From an uncultured delta proteobacterium (lineage in GTDB: Bacteria; Myxococcota_A; Polyangia; Polyangiales; Polyangiaceae), in NCBI GenBank assembly GCA_963839305.1, contig CAWIUL010000012.1, positions 1-32,000 of the forward strand: a stretch of DNA of 32,000 bases. Reading direction: 5' to 3'. Below the pieces are notes generated by a model. That model saw only the letters and a program-made list of their open reading frames with translations. It searched no databases and was not told where the DNA came from. Of the stretch, positions 25,732-32,000 are shown piece after piece. Position 1 is the first letter of the stretch, and the number at the start of each line of letters is the position of its first letter. The position numbers and the translations under genes were made by a program.

Positions 25732-26086
25732 GAGACCCCAGATGCGAGAGGGCGCCTCAGGAAATCGATTCGATGGTGGTTCCCGAGGGTCCACGCAGAT
25801 CGGGAAGGATGTTCCGAACGACCAAGGTGCTGAAATTCACGGGACCGGAGCACTCCGGACTTTGGCGCATCGCCATCCCATGACCATTTGAACGGGCATC
25901 CCCACGCGATCGGCGTGAGCCCTCTTCTTCTAGCGCTGGCGAGGTGAAGCGCAAGGACCACGAGCTCGGCGCCGCAGCCGATGCAGTCGTTCACCGAGCT
26001 CGACGACTCTCTTTGGCGCGCGCGGGTTCGTCTTGCCGATCGCGAGCCGTACGTGATCGCTTGACAGCGGCCGCGCGACGCTCGCG

Positions 26087-26323
26087 TTACTCGCGCACTG
26101 AGCTTTCGTCCGCGAACCGGCGCTCGTCCTCGTCGTCATCACGGTCGAGGGGCCCGACGCCGAGCCAGCACGCGAGACAGTAATCGTCGACGCCGTCGAT
26201 GTAGCGGTACGGATGCTCGAAGTAGTGACCGCAATGTTCGAGCTCCGCGGGCGAGTACGTCTCAGAGCAGCGCGTACATCGGCGGGCGTCGTCCGGCGTG
26301 AGCGGCAGATTCGAAGAGTTCAT
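26087..26323 (-). CDS. small acidic-tailed Zn-ribbon protein (78 aa)
   Basis: MNSSNLPLTPDDARRCTRCSETYSPAELEHCGHYFEH...DDYCLACWLGVGPLDRDDDEDERRF. The start overlaps the RHH gene stop as ATGA (26320-26323). Confidence 0.55.
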   Translation of the reverse strand: MNSSNLPLTPDDARRCTRCSETYSPAELEHCGHYFEHPYRYIDGVDDYCLACWLGVGPLDRDDDEDERRFADESSVRE

Positions 26324-26523
26324 CGGCCGGCGGCCTCCTGTTCTTGACGTGCGGTTCGGAGCAGCACCATCACGCACCACGCCGAGATCGTGACGCCGGT
26401 GTGGTCTGCGGCGGCCTTTATTAGGCGGTGCTGCTCCTCGGTTAAGCGCACGCGGAGGAAAACCGAGCGTCGTTCGTCCGGGGGTTTGCGCCATGGTTTT
26501 CGCTGTTTGCGCGCGCTTGCCAT
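26320..26523 (-). CDS. ribbon-helix-helix (CopG/MobC-like) DNA-binding protein
   Basis: MASARKQRKPWRKPPDERRSVFLRVRLTEEQHRLIKAAADHTGVTISAWCVMVLLRTARQEQ has a strand-helix-helix pattern. It is divergent from DUF2130-A. Confidence 0.6.
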   Translation of the reverse strand: MASARKQRKPWRKPPDERRSVFLRVRLTEEQHRLIKAAADHTGVTISAWCVMVLLRTARQEQEAAGR

Positions 26524-26573
26524 GGCCGACTGTACCACACCAGTCCACGAACCGTTCACGATGGGTTGCGCAG

Positions 26574-26602
26574 TGTGCACGTTTGGGGTACAAACGTACG
26601 TG
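26574..26602. promoter_or_regulatory. imperfect palindrome (candidate operator) in the RHH / DUF2130-A divergent intergenic region
   Basis: GCACGTTTG-gggta-CAAACGTACGTGC. The core 7-bp arms ACGTTTG/CAAACGT lie at 26578-26596. Confidence 0.35.
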
Positions 26603-26642
26603 CGGCCCATCGGAAGGAATCAAGGTAGTCACATGAATCAGA

Positions 26643-27871
26643 GCAACAAACAGAACGGTCTCAACGGGAAATCCCACACGTCTCTCAGCTGTCCGGCATG
26701 CGGATCTCTCATCGCTCCCGAGGTGTACGAGCGCATCCTCCGCATCGACGAAGCGCGCCAGAAGGCGCTCGCCGAGGAGCGCGCGTCGCTCGACGCCGAG
26801 CGTGAGGCCCTCGAGAGCGAGCACGACTCCCTCCACAAGGAGCGCAAGGCGATCGCCGACGCGGCCGTCGAGGCAGCGCGCGCGAAGTGGGACACCGACA
26901 AGGCGCGCATCGTGAAGGAGATCGCGCGCCTCGAGCAGAAGGCGAAGAAGGAGCGGCAGCAGGTCGAGCGCGCGCGCGACAAGGATCGCAAGACGCTCGA
27001 GCGCCAGCTCGCCAGCGAGCGGACGAAGATGCGCGAGGCCGCCGACGCGCGCATTCGCGAAGCGGCGCGCAAGGCCGCGAACGAGCAGGAGGACGAGGTC
27101 GCGGACATGAAGGCGCAGCTCAAGACGTCGGAGCAGCGCCGCACGCGCGAGGAGGCGGGCTACAAGAAGGTCATCGGGGAGCTCCAGCGCAAGGTCGAAG
27201 CGCGCGACCGGCAGCACCTCGGTCCCGAGGGTGAACAGGAGCTCGTGGAGGACCTTCGTAAGGAGTTCCCGGGCGACCGCGTCGAGCACCACGGCAAGGG
27301 CGGGGATGTCGTCCAGGTGGTGATGGACGAGGGCGCGGTCGTCGGCAAGATCGTCTACGAAGCGAAGAACCGCACGTCGTGGTCCGCCGACTACGTGAAG
27401 CAGACGCAGCTCGCCATGGAGGAGCACGACACGCCGTATGGCATTCTCGTGAGCCGCGTCCTCCCGTCGCCGAAGACCGGCATGTGCATCATGCGCGGCG
27501 TGATCGTCGTCGCGCCCCTCATCGCCGCGCAGGTCGCGAAGGTCGTGCGCGAAAGCATGATCGCCATCCATCGCCTCAAGCTTTCGAACACGGACAAGGG
27601 CGCGAAGACGGCCGCGCTCTTCGAGTACCTCCGCGGGCAGGACTTCGCGACCGCGATGAAGCGCGTGTCGACGAAGCTCGGCGAGCTTCACACGAGCCTC
27701 TCTCGCGAGAAGTCGATGCACAACGGCTGGTGGCGAGATCGCGAGCAGCACTACGCCGCCATCGCGCGCGAGACGGCCGCCATCGACGGACGCGTCAAGG
27801 ATCTCCTCGGCGGTCGCGAGCTCGCGAAGACGAAGGGTCCGAGCCGCCGCCTCGACGTGGTGTCGGCGTAA
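26643..27871 (+). CDS. DUF2130-like protein A: N-terminal CxxC, coiled coil, C-terminal PD-(D/E)xK-like nuclease core
   Basis: MNQSNKQ...SLSCPACGSLI, then ~170 aa of charged heptad-like sequence, then FPGDRVEHHGKGGDVVQVVMDEGAVVGKIVYEAKNRTSWSADYVKQTQLAMEEHDTPYGILVSRVLP (D...E-x-K). An RBS-like aggaatcaagg lies upstream. Family assignment is from memory of the DUF2130 architecture. Confidence 0.65.
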
Positions 27872-27888
27872 GCGCGGAGGGCTGCACG

Positions 27889-28206
27889 ATGATGCCCACC
27901 AACCTGGCTCACTTCACGAAGAACCTCGCCCTCGCTTTCTACGCGAGGGCGAGGGAAGCGCGAGCACCGGACCGCGCGACCGACGACTACGAGTATCAGT
28001 TCATGGCGATCGTCTTGGCCGCGGTCTGGGTCGCGTCCGAGCACGGCACCTGCGACCCGTCGGAGCGGAGGGTGGGACTGCCGCCGCTGATGTCGCGAGA
28101 CAAGTTCCTCGAGATGGTGCGATCGGTCTACGACGACTGGCACAAGATTCGGCCGCCCGCGAAGCTCGTCGCGCTCGACGGCGGGCGTTCTCGCGGGCGT
28201 CGGTAG
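27889..28206 (+). CDS. small hypothetical protein P1 (105 aa), paralog of P2
   Basis: GGAGG lies 8 nt upstream of the ATG. LALAFYARAREARAPDRATDDYEYQFMAIVLAAVWVASEHG...FLEMVRSVYDDW aligns with P2. Confidence 0.6.
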   Translation: MMPTNLAHFTKNLALAFYARAREARAPDRATDDYEYQFMAIVLAAVWVASEHGTCDPSERRVGLPPLMSRDKFLEMVRSVYDDWHKIRPPAKLVALDGGRSRGRR

Positions 28207-28211
28207 CGACC

Positions 28212-28544
28212 ATGGCCGAACAGGAGAATCTCCCCGAGAGCGCCTCGCCGTATTGGGACGCGTTGAGTGATTTGGCGCGCGCGCTTTACACGCGCGCGCA
28301 CGCGTTCAACGGCTCGCGCAATCCGGCCACGGCGAACGAGATGCGAGTGATCGCGTTGCTGCTCGCGGCGACGTGGATGGCGACCGCGCAGAACCGGACG
28401 ACGCCGTGGTCCCGTCTGCCTGCGCCGTCCCCGCCGCCACGGATGCTCCGTGAGGTGTTCCTCCGGTGGGCCGGCGATCTCTGGGATTGCTGGGCGGCCT
28501 TGGAACCCGGGTTCGAGGACGACTCGATCATCATCGACGATTGA
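28212..28544 (+). CDS. small hypothetical protein P2 (110 aa), paralog of P1
   Basis: LARALYTRAHAFNGSRNPATANEMRVIALLLAATWMATAQN...FLRWAGDLWDCW. It starts 5 nt after the P1 stop. Confidence 0.6.
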   Translation: MAEQENLPESASPYWDALSDLARALYTRAHAFNGSRNPATANEMRVIALLLAATWMATAQNRTTPWSRLPAPSPPPRMLREVFLRWAGDLWDCWAALEPGFEDDSIIIDD

Positions 28545-28558
28545 CGAGCCGTTCAACG

Positions 28559-29626
28559 TCAGCGCTGGCGCGCTCGTCGAGCCGCAACTTTCGTTGGAGC
28601 AGCGGCGCCCTCACGGCGGCGAGCCTTCTTGACGCCGAGTGCTGGTGGACGAGCGTATACTTCGTGTAGTGCCAAGGCGCGAAGCGTGATCTCGTCCCGC
28701 AAGGTCGAGGGCGAGACCACCTCCGCCTCTTCCCCAAACCCGAGGATCCACGCGACCAACTCGGGGCACACGCTCACGCGCATCCTCACGAGGACGTGGT
28801 CGTCGTGAACTTCGACGTTCTGTGAATCGTGCCAGCGATGCGACGTTGCGTAAGTCGCCCATTGCTTGTGAAGCTTCAAGACGACGTCCTGAACCGACTT
28901 GTCGAGGAAGATGCCGAACGAATCGCGAAAGACTTGCTCCGGGTCGTATGCGGCGCGGTCGGGATAGGTGAACGTGTCGTCGAGCACGTTGACCGTGCGA
29001 ATGCGCGCGAACCGATACGGGTGAAGGGCGTGTTTGGGGTCGCGCCCGACGATGTAGAGCTGGTGGTCATGGAGCGCGAGGGACAGCGGCTCGATGCGCA
29101 TGCAGGCGGATGTTCCGCCGAAGTTCGTGTAGTCGAGTGCGAGGACGCGGTGATGAAGAACGGCTTCGAGAACTTCGTCGAGGAGCTCTGCCCGATCGAC
29201 TAACGCGACTTCGCCGCCGCGACGAAGGAACCAGAACTTGCGATCGATGTCGCGGAACACAGCACGCCGCTTCGTTCGGCCGATGACGTCCTTCGCTGCG
29301 TCGCGAATGCCGGCGCCGTACGTCGTCCCCTCGAACAGATGCCAGAGGCTGGAACCAAAGCACGCGGCGACTGCCGTCGGGTACGACGGAGCGGCCGCAA
29401 ACGCGGTCGGGTCGATGCGAATCTTTCGTTGCTTGCCCTCGTGAAACTCGGACACGCCGGGCAAATGCTCGAGCGCGGCGTTCATGAGTCGGTCGGCTTG
29501 CGCTGGGCGAATGTGCAAGCGCTCGGCGAGCGAATGGCGGTCGTGCTCGCGCCCCCGCAAGAGATCGGCGACGAGTGTGAAATGGCGCGTGATGCTCTTG
29601 GAGCGATGAGCTTCGCTCTTCGTCAT
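28559..29626 (-). CDS. WYL-domain transcriptional regulator (HTH-WYL-WCX architecture)
   Basis: N-terminal HTH-like ITRHFTLVADLLRGREHDRHSLAERLHIRPAQADRLMNAL. WYL core HHRVLALDYTNFGG...EPLSLALHDHQLYIVGRDPKHALHPYRFARIRTV. C-terminal ...VCPELVAWILGFGEEAEVVSPSTLRDEI. Start taken at MTKSEAH (29626); the ORF-track start is 29680. Confidence 0.75.
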   Translation of the reverse strand: MTKSEAHRSKSITRHFTLVADLLRGREHDRHSLAERLHIRPAQADRLMNAALEHLPGVSEFHEGKQRKIRIDPTAFAAAPSYPTAVAACFGSSLWHLFEGTTYGAGIRDAAKDVIGRTKRRAVFRDIDRKFWFLRRGGEVALVDRAELLDEVLEAVLHHRVLALDYTNFGGTSACMRIEPLSLALHDHQLYIVGRDPKHALHPYRFARIRTVNVLDDTFTYPDRAAYDPEQVFRDSFGIFLDKSVQDVVLKLHKQWATYATSHRWHDSQNVEVHDDHVLVRMRVSVCPELVAWILGFGEEAEVVSPSTLRDEITLRALALHEVYARPPALGVKKARRREGAAAPTKVAARRARQR

Positions 29627-29633
29627 CCATCCA

Positions 29634-29647
29634 GGATCGGATGATCC
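29634..29647. promoter_or_regulatory. palindrome GGATC-ggat-GATCC just upstream of the WYL start (candidate operator)
   Basis: Lies 8 nt upstream of the WYL ATG, in the 96-bp region shared with DUF2130-B. A further GGATC lies at 29652-29656. Confidence 0.3.
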
Positions 29648-29722
29648 GCACAGGATCACAACTTCGAAAACCGCGAGCATCGGGCCATCGGTGGCCGCAC
29701 CCTAGTAAGCACAGAGGGACCG

Positions 29723-31765
29723 ATGGATTACACGAGCAACGTTCGCTGTCCGAAGTGCCTGCACGAGTTCGAGCTAGAAGCCGTCATGCGCAACGCCATG
29801 GAGGCCGACGTCCGAGCTTCGATGGCGCAGGAGTTCGAGAAGCAGGCGCTCGCAAACAAGGCTGACGCGGATGCGCGCATCAAGCAGAAAGATGACGAGC
29901 TTGCCGAAGCGCGGAGCAAGGTTGCCGCAATCGCGACGACGGAGGCGACGCTGTTGAAGCAGCAGCGCCAGCTCGCCGAGCGAGAGCAGACGATGGACCT
30001 TGTGTTCGAGAAACGTGTCGCGGAAGAAACGACTCGGATTCGCGAGCACGAGACGAAGGTGGCGCACGAGAAGGCCGCCAAGGAAGCCGACGAGCGGGTG
30101 CGCAGCGCAACCGAGGAACTGTCGGAAGCGCGCGCCAAGCTCGCCGCCGCGACGACGCGTGAAGCCGACGTTCTGAAGAAGCAACGCGAGCTCGCAGAGA
30201 AAGAGCGACGACTCGAAGTCGACCTCGAGCAGCGATTGGCCGCCGAGAGGCAACGTATCCGCGAGGAGGAGGCGAAGGCCGCGGCGGACAAATGCACGCG
30301 TGAGGTCGCGAGCCAATTGCGCACGAAGCAAGAAGAGCTCGATGACGCGAACGCGCGGCTCGCCGAGGCCACGTCGCGCGAGGCGGACGTTCTGAAGCAG
30401 CAACGCGAGGTCGCAGAAAAGCAAGCGCGGCTCGATCTCGACTTCGAGCGCCGCATTGCCGAGGAAACGAACCGGATTCGGGAGCAGGAGGCGAAGGCGG
30501 CGACGGAGCGCTGCACGCGCGACGCTCAAGAGCAGGTGCGGACGAAGCAAGAGGAACTCGACACTGCGAACAAGAAGCTCACGGAGGCGTCGTCGAGAGA
30601 GGTCGAGCTGCTGAAGAGGCAACGCGAGCTCTCCGACCGCGAACGGGCGTTCGAAGTGGAAAAAGAGCGCGCGATCGCGGAGGCGTCGTCGCACGCGCGT
30701 CAAGACGAGGCGATGCTCGCGAAGGAGAGGGCGACTCTTCAGCAAGAGCAACAACGGCTACGTGACGAAGAGCACCGTCAACAAATCGGCGGTCTCGAAA
30801 AAACGATCTCCGAGCTGACGCGACAAGTTCAGCAAGGCTCGATGCAGCTTCAGGGTGAAGCGCAGGAGGTCGTGCTTCGCGACGTGCTCGCGAGCGCGTT
30901 TCCGATTGACCAGTTTGATGACGTGCCCACCGGCGTTCCGGGGGCCGACGTTCTGCAGCGTGTTCGCGCGGCCGACGGCAGCGACTGCGGTGTCATCGTG
31001 TGGGAGAGCAAGCGAACGAAGAACTGGTCCGACGCATGGTTGCCCAAGGTGCGCGACGATCAGCGGGAGGCGGGCGCTTCGATTGCGGTGATCGTCACCC
31101 AAGCGCTCCCGGCCGACATTCGGCACTTCAGTGTGAAGGATGGCGTCTGGGTGTGCGCTCCGGCCTTTGCGCATCCGCTCGGTATTGCCTTGCGCAAGGC
31201 GCTCGTTGATGTCGCCGCTACGAAGCGAGCCGCCGAGGGAAGTGGTCAGAAGATGCACATCCTCTACGAGTATCTGATCGGCCCAGAGTTTCGGAACCGT
31301 GTCGAGGGTGTGCTCGAGGCCTTCGTCGACATGCGCGAAGACCTCGACGGCGAGAAACGCGCGCTCTTGGCACGATGGAAGAAGCGCGAGCGGCAAATCA
31401 ATCGAGCGCTCACGAACGTGACGGCGTTCTATGGCGATCTTCAAGGCATCGCTGGTCGACAACTACGTGACCTGCCTCAACTCACGCTCGATGCTGCACC
31501 TTCACCAGCCTTGCCGCCGTCGAGCAGCGTGCCCGTCGATGACGAAGGCCTGAAGGATCTCCTCATGCGCCTTTTGCCCGACGACGGGGCGGGAGTCGGC
31601 AACGCGACGTTGATGGATCGATTCCTCGACCAAGCGCTCGTCGAGCTTGGTGCGGAGCTGCGGCCGGAAGACTACGAGCGCTGCAAGGAGATGCTCCTCG
31701 ACGAAGGACGCGCGCGACGAGGCAAGGGTAAGGGGGGCTCCGTTTGCCGCGTCATCGCAGCTTGA
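29723..31765 (+). CDS. DUF2130-like protein B (680 aa) with expanded coiled coil and extra C-terminal domain
   Basis: MDYTSNVRCPKCLHEF, four 73-aa coiled-coil repeats, then the nuclease-like core FPIDQFDDVPTGVPGADVLQRVRAADGSDCGVIVWESKRTKNWSDAWLPKVRDDQREAGASIAVIVTQALP (D409...E428-S-K430). A ~90-aa C-terminal extension is absent from copy A. Confidence 0.7.
   Translation: MDYTSNVRCPKCLHEFELEAVMRNAMEADVRASMAQEFEKQALANKADADARIKQKDDELAEARSKVAAIATTEATLLKQQRQLAEREQTMDLVFEKRVAEETTRIREHETKVAHEKAAKEADERVRSATEELSEARAKLAAATTREADVLKKQRELAEKERRLEVDLEQRLAAERQRIREEEAKAAADKCTREVASQLRTKQEELDDANARLAEATSREADVLKQQREVAEKQARLDLDFERRIAEETNRIREQEAKAATERCTRDAQEQVRTKQEELDTANKKLTEASSREVELLKRQRELSDRERAFEVEKERAIAEASSHARQDEAMLAKERATLQQEQQRLRDEEHRQQIGGLEKTISELTRQVQQGSMQLQGEAQEVVLRDVLASAFPIDQFDDVPTGVPGADVLQRVRAADGSDCGVIVWESKRTKNWSDAWLPKVRDDQREAGASIAVIVTQALPADIRHFSVKDGVWVCAPAFAHPLGIALRKALVDVAATKRAAEGSGQKMHILYEYLIGPEFRNRVEGVLEAFVDMREDLDGEKRALLARWKKRERQINRALTNVTAFYGDLQGIAGRQLRDLPQLTLDAAPSPALPPSSSVPVDDEGLKDLLMRLLPDDGAGVGNATLMDRFLDQALVELGAELRPEDYERCKEMLLDEGRARRGKGKGGSVCRVIAA
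29897..30772 (+). repeat. four tandem in-frame 219-bp (73-aa) repeats inside DUF2130-B
   Basis: Units start at ELAEARSKV (29897), ELSEARAKL (30116), ELDDANARL (30335) and ELDTANKKL (30554). Units 2 and 3 share long near-identical DNA stretches (gacgttctgaagaagcaacgcgagctcgcagagaaaga vs gacgttctgaagcagcaacgcgaggtcgcagaaaagca). Confidence 0.8.
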
Positions 31766-31898
31766 AGTCGCTACGACCACTTTCGGTATGGTTGCCAACG
31801 CTGCTTGGCGAAGGCGTTCCGGACGAGCGATCCCGAACGCGCCGCATAAGCACAGGACACGGCGCGAAGGTTTGCGTCGGTTGGCGGCACAGCACTCC

Positions 31899-32000
31899 CT
31901 ACGTTATGACGTCCGCGATGTGCTCCGAGTGCGCGGCGCCGCGAGTCGCCGCGCGGAAGAGTCTCCTTAGTCGAGCTACGAGCTCGCGGTGGGAACAAAG
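31899..32000 (-). CDS. possible 3' end of a gene entering from the right edge
   Basis: The frame reads ..RELVARLRRLFRAATRGAAHSEHIADVIT*. It is very short and no family is recognised. Confidence 0.2.
   Translation of the reverse strand, partial: LCSHRELVARLRRLFRAATRGAAHSEHIADVIT

Noticed and set aside
25795-26086. 88-aa ORF (25728-25994, minus) and a possible leader or riboswitch upstream of the giant gene
   Set aside because: The ORF has odd composition and overlaps the giant gene's alternative start. I saw no recognisable riboswitch or attenuator structure, so the region is left as an unannotated 5' region.
26087-27751. 554-aa minus-strand ORF antisense to DUF2130-A
   Set aside because: It is the mirror image of a charged coiled-coil gene (Leu/Arg/Ala-rich antisense). 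Only the last 78 codons, which have their own ATG coupled to the RHH gene, were kept.
29728-30754. Two long minus-strand ORFs (262 and 326 aa) inside DUF2130-B
   Set aside because: They are antisense artefacts of GAG/CGC/AAG-rich repeated codons. The plus frame has recognisable motifs and an RBS.

Overview
GC-rich bacterial chromosomal window, probably Gram-negative (an RND/MFP/OMF efflux operon is present; codon usage looks Myxococcota-like, but I cannot identify the organism). All calls are hand analysis; tRNA ends are +/-2 nt and no HMM or BLAST search was possible. There are four blocks. (1) 1-8655 is housekeeping-type: a CusCBA-like metal efflux operon with a small Cys-rich leader gene, an MgtA-like P-type ATPase, an Hsp20 and a hypothetical gene. 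Every one except the leader gene can only be reconstructed across frameshifts. (2) 8670-16007 is an accessory island bracketed by tRNA-Arg(+) and tRNA-Pro(-), whose 3' ends both face inward. It holds frameshifted phage-like genes (RecA/RadA-like ATPase, Zn-ribbon), an intact AT-richer HNH endonuclease and a one-strand array of 25 tRNA genes (11369-13591). tRNA-His and an IS3-family element with a 3-bp target duplication that splits an ORF lie further right in the island. Three array members carry Leu anticodons and a Leu-type D-arm but lack the long variable arm. (3) 16326-25794 holds a standalone FtsH-M41-like protease domain and several hypothetical genes. It also holds an intact ~1950-aa multi-domain protein (4 GT-A-like domains, a kinase-like domain, a SAM methyltransferase and a NodB deacetylase) translationally coupled to a LOG/TIGR00725-like gene. 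(4) 26087-31765 looks like a candidate defence-type locus. Two regulator-plus-DUF2130-like-nuclease cassettes sit side by side: RHH+Zn-ribbon <-> DUF2130-A + two small paralogs, then WYL regulator <-> DUF2130-B. DUF2130-B has a four-fold 219-bp coiled-coil repeat expansion. No rRNA or CRISPR array was seen.
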